NCBI GenBank assembly: GCA_965649825.1
Contig: OZ287701.1
Coordinates: 981,101-1,045,100 of the forward strand
From: Penicillus capitatus
Taxonomy: Eukaryota; Plantae; Chlorophyta
Reading direction: 5' to 3'
DNA length: 64,000 bases
Shown: positions 11,993 to 24,091 of the stretch, one piece after another
How positions within the stretch are numbered: position 1 is the first letter of the stretch
Layout: each line of letters opens with the position of its first letter
Translations under genes and position numbers: made by a program
Notes under the pieces: generated by a model
Database searches by the model: none
Seen by the model: the letters and a program-made list of their open reading frames with translations, nothing else
What the model was told of the DNA's origin: nothing

Positions 11993-13472
11993 ATGGAAAC
12001 GGATTCGACGCGGCAACGTTTTCTTCGCCAAATCACGTGGGCAGAACTCAGCGGTGCGTTGGGCGACTTGGGGACCTTCGTGCCTCTGCTGCTCGGTCTT
12101 GTCCGAGAGGTCGGCCTCGATTTGGGGACCACGCTCATTGCGACGGGCATCTACAATGTGGTCACCGGTTTGCAGTTCGGCATCCCGATGCCCGTTCAGC
12201 CAATGAAGACGATCTCTGCCGTTGCGCTCAGCGAAGAGCGTCTCACGATTCCCGAACTCATCTCCGCCGGTCTCACCGTCAGCATCATCGTTTTCGTCCT
12301 GGGCATCACTCGAGGAATGGCGCTCTTCAATCGCGTCGTGCCTTTCTGTTTGGTCCGCGGGATTCAACTGGGTGTCGGATTACGCCTCGCCGTGAAAGGA
12401 CTGAAGATGGTCATCTACGAACCCAATTCGGCAGATTGGCGCGAGTGTACAGGACCTGATGGACTGGTTTTGGGTCTCTTTGGCCTCATCTTCATCCTCC
12501 TGACGACTTTGCCTCACCGAGAGGCCACCGCGCCAACAGATGACGAGAACACCGCACGTACATGGCTGTTAACGCACAGCAGGAGATGGATCCACTCTAC
12601 AGGACAATCAAAGCCTGGCAGCGTAACGAACGAGACACCCGACACCGAACGGGAGACTGCGATCACGCTGGGCGTGACTCCAGGACTACCTGAGTGCAAG
12701 TAGTGCCTCGTGGATGGATCTGTGTGACATCGTGGTTGTCAGGTCTGGTCGGAATCGTCGAATCCCTGCCGCTCTGATCCTGGTGCTGCTCGGCATCGTC
12801 CTGATTTTTGCTTACCATCCATCGATCGCTCGCAGTCTGCGTATGGGTCCCAGCACGCCTTCCTTCGTTCGGCCAACGTGGGAGGAATTCAAGACGGGAT
12901 TCTGGAGAGCGGGACTGCCACAGCTGCCTCTGACGACACTCAACTCCGTCGTAGCCGTGTGCAAACTCTCGGAAGAGCTCTTTCCACACATGCCAGCAAA
13001 ACCCAGTGCCGTTGCATCCAGTGTCGGAGCGATGAATATCGTCGGTGCCTGGTTTGGTGTGATGCCTTGCTGTCACGGTGCAGGGGGTCTGGCAGCACAG
13101 ACGAAATTCGGTGCCCTGACAGGAATGGCGCCGATTCTGCTGGGCCTCATAAAAATTGCGCTCGGTCTTCTCTTCGGCAGTTCCTTGTTCAAGATCCTCC
13201 AACAGTTTCCTCTGCCCCTCTTGGGAAGCATGCTCGTCTTCTCTGGTGTGGAACTGGCAACCTGCTGTCGCTCGGAGAAAGAGATCCGGTTCGTACGGGT
13301 CTCTCACTCAATCTCACTCCCTAACGGTTAGTGGCGCAGGGGCGTGTCACTGATGTTGATGACCGCGACCGGCATTTTTGCGACAGGCAATACAGGGATC
13401 GGATTTCTCATAGGCAGTACAGCATATGGGATTATTTCATTGTACGATTTTGCCATCGATGTCTTCTCGTAA
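11993..13472 (+). CDS. MOT1: Molybdate transporter MOT1 family
   Basis: AELSGALGDLGTF.P, GLQFGIPMPVQPMKTI, VRGIQLGVGL, GLPQLPLTTLNSVVAVCKLS, PCCHGAGGLAAQTKFGA and FP.PLLGSML motifs; final exon GNTGIGFLIG...VFS*. Confidence 0.93.
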
Positions 13473-13507
13473 GTCCTCTCGTTGGACAAGACACAAAAAA
13501 CGCTCGT

Positions 13508-14444
13508 TTAGTCAAACGGATCGATTCGAGGATCGTGTTCCGTCACGAGATGCTTCCCCGTGCAGAAGCAGTTTGGACACATCACCTTTCCCGTTCCGCT
13601 ACACGACGTGCACTCCGCAGTCCCATCACCTCCCGTACCCACACATGCGCCACACGGCAAATAGCCTGCTCCTCTGCAATAATAGCACCTATCGTAACGA
13701 GAGCACGATGCAGAGTGAGAGGGGGTCGTCAAGTGCTAACCGGTTGCGTTGCTGGTTTTTGACGTTGTTGAGATCGATGACCAGCAATGTCGACAGAGCA
13801 CCGACGGCGCCGCCACAGAAGCTGGCGACGATGGGATCCACCTCTGCCAGCTGCTCGGGGAGATGCATGGACTGAATGAACTCCAGATAGGATGTCCCGC
13901 CCAGTCCCATACGCAGTTCCAGCGACGGTGCGATCAATCCACCGAATAGGATGATACATGTGACGATCCAGATGTAGAAGGCGATATACTTTTTCATGTT
14001 TTTGTCCTGCAGGTAATGCGCCCGGTTCAGCATGGGTACCACGGATTCGTACTCCTGCCCATCATCGTCAACAAGATCGTGTGTCGCTCGAGATCGGAGC
14101 GCGAGCTGAATGCGAAGGCGTCGGATCTCTTCGAGAAGCAAGAAGACGCGATTTCGCCGCGATTCGACTTGTTCTTTGAGATCTTCTTGCTGAAGGTCGG
14201 CGAAGTCGAGGAAGGAATAGCGACTCTCGATGAGACAGGAATCAGGCGGAAGGCCGACGCTGTTGATGTCGCTTGACGCTGAATTGCTCGACGGGGGTGT
14301 TTTGTCCGAATCGTCTGCGTCGCTGTTGGCCGCTTGACAAGGAGCGTGACGCCGTCGACGCGAGCGGGGCAGAACTCGACTTTTCCGACGGAGGCTGTTG
14401 CACCGAGGAATAAACAAAAGGCTGTGTGAATACAGCAGAGACAT
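13508..14444 (-). CDS. OR: ORANGE (OR) DnaJ-like zinc-finger protein, plastid-targeted
   Basis: VESRRNRVFLLLEEIRRLRIQ, LELRMGLGGTSY, LPEQLAEVDPIVASFCGGAVG, CxxCxGxG repeats and the terminal EHDPRIDPFD*; transit-peptide-like N-terminus. Confidence 0.95.
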
Positions 14445-15079
14445 AGCAACACCAGGGAAGGCTGTGTTCTCTCTTTGCGGTCGTGGCCACACGTGAGATG
14501 TGACTGGCCACGATGTGACAGGTGGAACGGATCGCCGCTTCGCAAACGACCGTTGGAAACCAGATCGTCCACAGGGTCAGATGGCCGATCGTCGAATGCA
14601 GTCTCCTCTCAAGCTAAAGGTAATGGTAGAGCTGTGACAGATGATTCGCTGTTTGGAAGTGACAAGTCAGGCTGTCGGTGTATTGTTTGACTTAACATGA
14701 TGGTCATTGTATTGCTTACTTGTGAACCATGTGTATCGGCCTGTCAGACCTCGTTTGGCAGCGTTTTTCCAAGGGGATGGTATGTCACATAATGTACTAG
14801 TAATCTACTGTTTCTGAAAAAGCTGACATTGTTAATAATCGATGCTGACGCGTCATACGAAGCGAACGATCGTTCACACACGAAGCGAATAACGCGATGT
14901 AACCCAAATTCGGCGTGAGATGACCCCACGTTTCTGTGGCCATTGGAACAGATGCCAGTCGTGTCTCAGAGCAGATGCGTCAGCTGTCAGAAGCATCACG
15001 TTCAGAATGAAGAGGCATAGGAAGAAAAAAGCGTTAGACAGAAGACCATTGTAAATCGTGGATGTGACACAGTCATCCA

Positions 15080-15715
15080 ATGCATATCAACGATCAACGA
15101 GAAACAGTCACATCAGCTCCTGACATTGCCGACTGTCTTCGTAGCAGTCTTTGGTTTTACCATCTGTTTTATAGATTCGCAAACTGTTGTATTGAAGGTG
15201 ACAGAATTGTTCTCCGACGTTCCTGTGATGTGTTTACTGTCCTCGCTATAAGTCGCTCAATATGTATGCCGCATCAGTGAATAGGATTGTTTTGCAGGTA
15301 GCGGAAAATATCGACCTCTCGGCATCCGTCTTTAGATCCGGCACTATGACGCAATGCCATCGAAAGTGCGAACCCGAGACAAAAAGTCAAGCTGAAACAC
15401 AGGTTTTCTTTCAGTAGTGTCCAAGACGTCAGTCAGCCTTATAGTATGGATCGTCTTGAAAAGGTCGTCCTGTTGCAGCTCGAGAAAAGTGTGTTCGCTA
15501 GACCGAAACAGGCAATAAAGGCTGCCGATGTTTTTGGGATGCAGGAATACTATGAGGTAGACTCTCTCGGACGTTGTTCGAGAATCGACATAGATTGTCA
15601 TATTCCATTAGGGGCTATCTGTTTTACGGCATCTGTTTTTGGAGCGCGTCGACTGCTCAAACGAGGACCGCTACAGGAAGTGCGCGCAACAATAGACGAA
15701 ATTGCCGTTCTGTAG
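15080..15715 (+). pseudogene. Decayed BTB/POZ-like gene fragments
   Basis: Fragments CLRSSLWFYHLF...EGDRIVL...DVFTVL and YSMDRLEKVVLLQL...AIKAADVFGMQE resemble BTB and BACK helices; interrupted by stops and frame changes. Resemblance judged by eye only. Confidence 0.3.
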
Positions 15716-16356
15716 CCTGGACACAGCAACGACGCCGTTGGTCGACAGTGCTGGTGGAGAGGTAAAGATGAACGCGTCATGCCTGTGAAGGACTGTGGCT
15801 CGAAAGCTGAGTCACCATCGTGTCATACACGCAGCTGAGACGACTGCTCAGGTGCTTCCGACATCTACTGTCGAACAGAAGTATCGCATAACTATGCTTT
15901 TCTTTCTTTCAGATCGTTTCAAAGGAGGCTCTTACAAGATGATGCGTCCCAGCAGCAACAAGAGATCCTTGTGACGAGATTTCTCAATAATTCAGCGTAA
16001 AGAGAGGGAAGTCGATTTCGTTCGCGCAGATAAGACAAATGCGTTCTTAACAAACAGTTTTGTACAATAGATGGGATCCTCACTTCTGTCCTTTTGATAA
16101 CAACGGTGAGCTTGCGAAGTAAGAAAAATTTAGGTTTAGTTTCGGCAGCTGAATCGTTCGGTTGCACACATCAATACATAAGGAAACAGACACATAATGA
16201 TTGATTAGTTGAGAGAGCCAAGTGATAGATGTAATCGATGGAACCGTTCTGAACGTTGATATCGTATTCGGAACTGAATGGAATAGATCGTGACTGCTCA
16301 AATAGCAAAGGGTTCTTTGAGCGAAGTACCGGAAAAAGTTGTCCTAATACCTCGAT

Positions 16357-18518
16357 TCAGCAACAAATGAGATCCATACCGTCGCTGATTGGAGGATCAA
16401 AGGGGCAAACGACGTCGCTGGAGGAGAGATTTCGCACTGCGGGATCAGGACGCCTTATCTCATTGTTGGATGCGCAAGCGTCAAGAGGAGGAATCTCGAT
16501 ATACCCTTTTTCGGGTATCTCTCCTAATTTTTCACCACACGGCCCCTCTGTTTGAAATTTGCATACGTAAGCCATCCTCTTGTTGCATTCCTTGGCGTGC
16601 ATGTTTCCAATGGCGCCTCTGGAGTCTATGGCGGCGCATTCTTCGTCTTTGTTTTCGTAGATAGGTTCTTGGACGCCCCAGAAATCAGACTCGTTTGGCA
16701 GATCGGGTAGATCGTCGTCCAACCACGAAAAGAATCGATAGTCAGACTTGTTAGCCCCGATCCATGACCCATCGAGCGAGGCCAGACGGGCGACAAAGGC
16801 GAGCTCGCCCTCGTCTTCGATGCTCACCAACTGCCCGCCCTGACTTCTACATTTGGAGACGGCATCCTTCCATCGAACTCTCTCCGAAGATCCTCTGTAG
16901 TAGTCGTCTCTGAATTCGTAACAGAGGGAGGAGGTCGTCTCGTTCTTCTCAGCGCTTTCGTCGACGATTGGCAAGGGATCCACGCAGAGAGCTCTGTCGT
17001 CGTGTGCGTGACGGTAGACCTGGAGCTCGCACGGCGTCTCCTGAGAGAATCCGCACTGCGTCGACCTGTCGATGAGCTCGTAGAGTACGTCGTCCGGTGA
17101 TGCTCCACTCTGGTTAAGTTCCTCCAGCAGCACATCGTGTCCGACCACTCCCAGGAAGATGTCGAGATCCGAGTCGCCTTTGGCGTAAAACGGCATGGCA
17201 ACAGTTGTGACGATGCCCAGTCCAAAAGCATCTTCGTAAGGTTCGATCCAGATTGGCGATCTGCCGCGCAGTCCGGCGGCCGTATACAGGTAGAAGGAGA
17301 TGAGAGAATCCAGCGGATCCGTCCTCGGGCCCACGTACGCCCACGCGCCGCCATTTGCGCATGCGATCTGGCGGGGAATGGCGTCGTCTGCGTCGTCAGA
17401 CATGGAGAACGTGAAGATGGTTGCTTGCTTTCTCGTTTTATGTTTTAGCCTCCATTGAAACCTGTCGATGGTATCGGCTATCTCTGACGGCTTGACGCTC
17501 TTTTCATTCCACCCTGAGGTGTCTTTACCGTCCGTCAGGAAGAGGATGATCTTCTGGCAACTCGTACACTGGGCGTCGTTGCATCGGTTGTCCCACAGCA
17601 GAGAGAACGCCGTTTCGAATGCTGCGCTGAAGTTCGTGTTGTTTGCCGGAGTTGTTGCATCCAGCGCCTCCTTGATCTCATTGAGATTCTCCTCCGTCGC
17701 GCGAAGGAGACTAGAGTCTGTCCAGAGAGCTCTGGCTTCGTCCGAGAACACCACGACGTTCACTCGGTCTGCAATGGTCAGGGTGTCCAGCGTTTCATAC
17801 ACTGCCGCTGTAAGCAGCTCCCATTTCGTCGCGCCTTCCCCGTTGAAGGTTTTGTTCATGGATTCAGAGGCGTCAAGTACCAGGACAATGTCTTTCGGAC
17901 CTGTACTTGCTCCGACAAACCACGGTCGTTTCCTGGGATCGTATTCGCCGCAAACGTAATCGTTTCTGGAACCGTTCCCTTTTTTCCGTTCTCGAGGCCT
18001 TCCAGGATACGTGCGGAAGTGACCATCCGGCGTTCCTAAGCCACAAGTTTACGCTCTCCACCGCTAACCTGTTACATACCTAAGTACGTCCAGGCGGATT
18101 CGCGCTCATCGCTTTCCCTTATAAAATCCTCGATTCCTCTGTAGACGCAGATACTCTCCTTGACCTCGTCACTCATCATCTTTACGTCCATCCCCGGCGG
18201 TGTTTCGCAAACCGAGTTGTCCAGGTCGACGTGACGGTTTGGCATATCGCATCCTGGATACTGCCCCAAGTAGTCGACACAAGAAACGTCCTGAAAATCG
18301 TCTGAACAGGCATGCTTCGAGCATTCACAGCTCTCTACAATCTCTTCTCTTGTTGCGTAGAGTTCTTCTGCACGCTCTGCCAAGTGGCGGACAAAGTTCT
18401 CTTTTCTTGTTATGAACTCGTCCAAGTCGAATTCGCGACCTGCCGACTGTCCCCGTGTCGGAGATAACAAGGAAAGGACGAGAAATGCCGAAACCAATAT
18501 CCTTTCACTCAGACGCAT
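16357..18518 (-). CDS. Secreted dCache + inserted VWA + C-type lectin domain protein (alpha2delta/CACHD1-like architecture), copy 1
   Basis: Signal peptide MRLSERILVSAFLVLSLLSPTRG; YLG|TPDGHFRTYPG; YDPRKRPWF; MIDAS DASES...TNF...LTDG; IWIEPYEDAFGLGIVTTVAMPFY...LGVVGHD; CTLD (WKDAVSKC...LVSIE...WIG...ECAAI...C...YVCK). One intron near 18035-18078. True C-terminus uncertain. Confidence 0.88.
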
Positions 18519-21030
18519 GTTAAAAGTTATACAAAACGGGAACGCAACTCTTGACAAGAAGGAGAATAGGGAGTTTAAATGTCGGCGGAACACAGTCAAC
18601 CGTTCTAGCTGCTGACCTCTTGTACACGTTTGACAATTCTGACCCGATATCCGTCATGTTCGCCTACGTTTACTGGGAACCGTTCGTTTGTGCAAAGAGA
18701 CGGTTGACACGCTATCGCATCTGTTCTGTCTACTCTGTCAGAGGGACTCTGATTTCGCAAAGTACGTCGCGCAATGGTTGGTTGCTTTGTATCACTACCC
18801 TTTTCTCATAGGGTCATTCCCTGCGCAATGACATTATTTCTCGCAACGCCTGTCTTTTCACAGATCATCATGCTTCAAATCAGGACTATCTTGCTGCTAC
18901 GAAAAATTGATGGGCGATTCTTCGGCGAATTAAACAGATGACGATTGCGACCACAATTTCGGACATTTGGCGTACGGCGCTGTTGAAAATCGAAGCAGAC
19001 GAGTTGCAGAATAGCGACCTGCGCAAATGCTGTGGACACGGTGAAGAGTGTACCGGTCCAAGTGGACTAGTGCACATCGATCCAGTAGAGTCGCAACCTA
19101 CCGAAACTTGATGGGCTGCAGTGATAAGTTAGGAGTTGACTGACAGCCCGCGGTCGAGAGAGGCGCTCAGAGTTCCGTGAAGCTGTCAGAACCGATAAAA
19201 AGGCACGATGGAGACAGTGTGATTTGATTCGATACAGTGAGCTGAGGGGAAGCGATAGAAACACTGGTCAATGGAGGCAGAAAGGACTAATGGTTCATGT
19301 CAGTCATTAAGGAAACGGCGATAGGACTGCAACGATGCCGAGTGAGTTGTTGTGGACGCTTTGCAGAGGAAGAACCATGCGCAGCGACGAGACGACGAGT
19401 GTTCAATGGTTGTTGATTGAACCGTCACTGTCACGAAGGATAAGCATTTGCGTTAAATTTGCGCAGATAGTTAGATACGCATCGCTGAAGCCGAGTTACT
19501 TAAAGAGCGAGACGCGTTGGATTCTTCCTTCGTTGATGCGGCAACCCGATGATAGAATCGCGAAAGCATCAACAGCAAGCCGACGTTTTGTCAAAACAGA
19601 AGCGACGAAGGCCGCATGCGAGAGTGAAGAAGAAAACGACGTTGAGCACTGGTCCTCACAAAGCTCATGTGACAAGGATGACGACGAAGGCCAGATAGCC
19701 ATGACGAGCTTGTGCTGCGCTACAGAGGTCGACAACAAAAAACCTATGGCAGATAGTACCTATGACACGGCGGAAGACTGTAGAAGAGAACAGCGAGAGA
19801 GTCTGTTCTGGGTTTTGTTTTCGACTGTTAGAGGAAGACAGGTAGAGAAAATGCTCATCGAAAAGGCGGTTATGGATCTCGAAAACCGGTCAGTGGCGAT
19901 CACAAGAGCGTTGTGATTGTCGTTTCATTGCTGAGCGACTCACAGGCTCCGCGTGTCGAAGTCCATAGATGTCGCGTTAGAGCCAATTACGCATGGATAT
20001 GTTCGATTTGTGTCATTAGCCGCATTGTATCGCTTGCGCCGTCCCATCGGCTGTCAAAGTTCGCACCTTCTATCTGAGTTTGTTTGTTCAGGTATTCCGT
20101 CTGCAAGAAAAACACAACGCGTTCATCGTTGTCGGAAAAACCAAAACCTCTGTTCATGAAGAATCGTTGTTGTGGCGGGCCGGCCGCTCGAACGATCAAT
20201 GCAGCGGAAGTCTTTACAGGCTAGGAGCCGAAGCAGTTCAAGGTTCAAAGTCTCACATTTATATCCGAAAAGTGATGTGACTCACCGAGGCAGGTGTATC
20301 AAACACCGCAGAAACACGCCTCTGATGAGTCATCAGCGTCTCTCTGCGCGATGAACCCTTTCACCACAAGACAGAATGACAGGACCCCTTGTCGAAGACA
20401 ACATCGTGACACGCGCTGTCTGTAGAACATCGACGACGGCAGCGTCGTGTCGCCGTGCATTGTGGAAATGCGTGATGGTTGTCTCTTCTGCGCAAAGCAC
20501 TTCGAAGGGCCAGGCAGAGAGGGTAACCTACACGAGTCTGTGAAGATGGTAAGGCGACCGACACATCCGTTGCGCCGTCACGCTGAACGTTTAAACTCTT
20601 TTTCCAGTGTATGCGTTCGCCAGCTTCCAACGGAGACGGGTCGACCGGAATCCGTAAGACAGAGCCGGTCGCAGCCGCGGACTGGATTTCTTTCCACGAG
20701 GGAAGCTCCAAGGGGACGGACACGGTCGACAGCGAGAGACACAGACCGCCTCTTCGTGTCGAGGCGAGTGCAGACTGCACGAAGCTTCTTTATCCGAGCG
20801 GCATGTTCTCCATCAGGGCCTGCGATCCAGAGAGTACACACTGAGTCCGAGTCGAGTCGAGTCGGCGTTTACTCAGTTACGAAAGTAGCAATCCCTCTTC
20901 TGGGGACTCATGTTTCGACGCCACGTTCGACAGATGTGGGATCCTGTCGGCGTGGCCAAGACGCTTCCTTCGCTCACGTTATCTCATTGCCGCCCCGGGG
21001 AGACCTCGTCAGGCATTTTATTCGGAGGAC

Positions 21031-23050
21031 TTGACCGTGAGCGGGCTTCCCGAGCCAAAACGCTTGTGCAGAAGGGGGATGACAAGCAGGAACCATTCTT
21101 CGGTTCACCCGCCTCGCTCCCAGGCAGAACGGCCTCGCTCCCAGGCTCTTGGCAGCGACTATGCAAAGGTGCTCATGTCTTCTTCCCGTTCTAGCTTTCA
21201 GCCATCTGCTCAGGGAGACTGCGAGGAAATCTGCCAGATCGGAGTCGAGGAACATGGCCTCGTGCAGATCTTTCGCGTCGGGGCAAGATTTTCAGGGAGG
21301 ATTGTCGAACGAATGGGACCATTCTCGAGAAAGAATACCATTCCACTCTTCTGCAAGGGTTTCGCCGATCCAGAAGAAGCGACGCGAGGATTGGCTCGCC
21401 TGCCGCCGAGTGCTGTCCGCCGTCGCGTTCATGTCTTTTCCAACAGAAAAAAGACGTGGAGAAGTGCATCTACGTGGGAGATCTCGGACCTCTCGGAAGC
21501 GAAGACAGAAAACCCCGTCTAACAGCGGCGCGCTCGGACGCCAGCTCCCGGTCAGAGAAGAAGCACTCTCTGATCTCGCCCGGCATCTTTCGCCACTATG
21601 TCGGGAGGAAGGATGAATTAAGCGAACTCCTCGAAGCTTTCACGTCAACCAACAAATCGGTCGTCGTCAAGGCAATCGTAGGTTCCGCTGGCATAGGAAA
21701 GACGCAGCTCGCAATAAAGGTGTTTGAATGGCTCAGAATGAAGGGCTGCTACGACCACACCTTTTGGATCCCTTCGGATTCGAAAGAGAACCTTTTCGCC
21801 GCCTTCTTGAACATCGCAGTATACTTGGAAATCTCCGCAGACAACGAAATCGCGGAGCTCGTTAAGAGTGTCCACCAAGCGCTCAGAGAATCGCGATGCC
21901 TCTACGTCTTCGACGACGCCTTTGACCTCGAACTAATTCGCGAGTACCTTCCACCGGAGGTTGGACATGCCATTGTCACGACGAGAAACGTTGGCTTGAG
22001 GAGCTGGGAGGGCGACACGGTGGAGCTCGGGCCGTTCGACGAATACGATGTGTGGTTTCTGGCGCAGAGTTTCGGATACACCGAGTTGGCGCATTCGAAG
22101 GGTGTGGAAGATTTGATCGAGTTGCTGCCTCCTTGACCACTCACTCTGGTACAGTTTTTCTCGATGATGAAGTATGAGGTGTGTCGAGTCCCGCCGAATG
22201 GTTTTATCAAGTGGAACGGTTTGCCCTCTTCAGATGCGAAACTGAGGTCATAGAAATGCTCTCCGAAAAACACGACGTCGGAGGAGCTAACGCAATGGTC
22301 TACCTGTTTCGCTCAAACGTGCGAAGAATTCTGAAGGAACCCGACGACCTCGGAACGCATTGTCTCGACGCACTCATCAAGCTGTTGCTGCTTGACCCAA
22401 ATGGAGTGCCCATCAAGCGGATGTACGAATGGCACGGACAAAGAAATCGACAATCCGAAACAGAAGTGGAAAAATCCATAAAACTCCTTGAGCACTATTG
22501 CTATGCCTCGTGGAACAAAAACAATAATCCCTCCTGCACACAAGCGACACTGACGAAAGAGAGCAGCGCGATATGCAGAGCTAAATTAAAATGTGCTACA
22601 TCGATCAATTTAAGACGCAAGCAAGAATGCGAAATCTGCTTCTGTAGAGTCTATCCATTACCTGTCTCTGTGCGATACGCAGGTGGTTAGATCCATGGCG
22701 GTGTCCTGCCAAACTGAGTCTACTATTGCAGCCAGCATGTTCTCTTAAATTCAGCTTGTGAGACGACAACGTTGAGAGTGTTTGACAACTCATCAGAACA
22801 ATCCAGCGCGCCGAACAGCAAAAATGCGCACCTTGAACAACAACCACTGGACGGATGCTCTATGCGGCGAGAGGTAAATTTGTTACCAATCTGGGAATCC
22901 TCAGGAGTGGCCAGACAAAACGCAACAGTCGACCACAGTACTTCTCACACGGCATGCATCCTGAAAGTTGCGGGTTCGCTCAGCAAAAGGAGAGAAATGA
23001 CTCACCGTATCCTTCGCGACAGAGCTTCATACAATGCGCTGCAGACGGAT
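21031..23050 (+). pseudogene. NB-ARC/STAND NTPase (NLR-like) gene with lesions
   Basis: YVGRKDEL, Walker A GSAGIGKT, FWI, Walker B LYVFDD and IVTTR are present. An in-frame TGA at 22134-22136 falls inside the GLPL-type motif (P*PLTL), there is a frameshift near 22180, and the downstream sequence has further stops. Confidence 0.8.
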
Positions 23051-24091
23051 GACTGGCCTGCTCCGAAGGAATCTCTCCGGTCCACCGCCCGATACCATGC
23101 CCTTGATCTGCAACACAGAACGGCATTCTGAGATTGGCCATTTCCTGCTGTGTTTGGCAATACGGAGATCGGTCGGCGGTGCATCTGCCACGAAACGGCT
23201 CTCAGCAACACGTGTCGGCAAGAAAAAGCATCTTACAAGGATAGCGGCGAAACCTGCTGCCTGTCTTGTCTGTCGTCGGTTCTATGTCCCCAACAGACAA
23301 CGGAGTCTCGACAAGAGATGGAACATGTCGCTTACTTTCATCGATCTCATATGCGCTTGCCTGTTCGGAACATCAAGGAATGCGTCGCGTCATAAGGGTA
23401 AGCGAATGTCAGAAGACAGCGACTGCGTTTGTTGTTGTTCGCTCAGGTAACGAAACCGCTCGTCGTCTGCCCGTCTGTGATTGTCGCTGTCACTGGAACG
23501 GCGACAACTGTCGGAATTCGCCTCAGCAGACGCGTCACGACTGCCATGATGTCTCTTTCGAGCACATTCCGCACCGAAACACTAAAACGGAAAAGTCGGA
23601 GGTCATTGCGCCTCGAATTGCTTTACGTGGACAACCTCTTACCGTGCGTCATTTGGCCGTTAGTCACATCACCAGTCAGCGTTCCCGTCTGCCATACTCA
23701 ATTCGGCTTCTTTAGTGAATGCGGGACAGTTTTTAGCGAGACACGCGCTCCCAAGATGAAAGAGCACAAAGACAATGCTTCTCAGTGTCCATCGTCTTCT
23801 GCAATGTCACATCCGTCCCGTCCAGAGTCTAGGATTCTTCGGCGTCGTCAGTTTTCCATCATTACAAATGCATGCCATCTTTGCAACCAGCATCTCGTCA
23901 ATTTCGCCTTCAGGTTTGCAGTCGACGACCGTTTCCCACACCCCAGCAGACACTTCTTTCTGTAGGCCGCGCTCGGAATCTCTCTCGGCGCGACTGGTCT
24001 CGCCGCCAACACCTTCGACAGCACAGCTCGACGCTGCGGCACGCGAGACCACAGTTGTCGCAGCGTCGAGTCGAAGACGCAAGGAAGCGCC

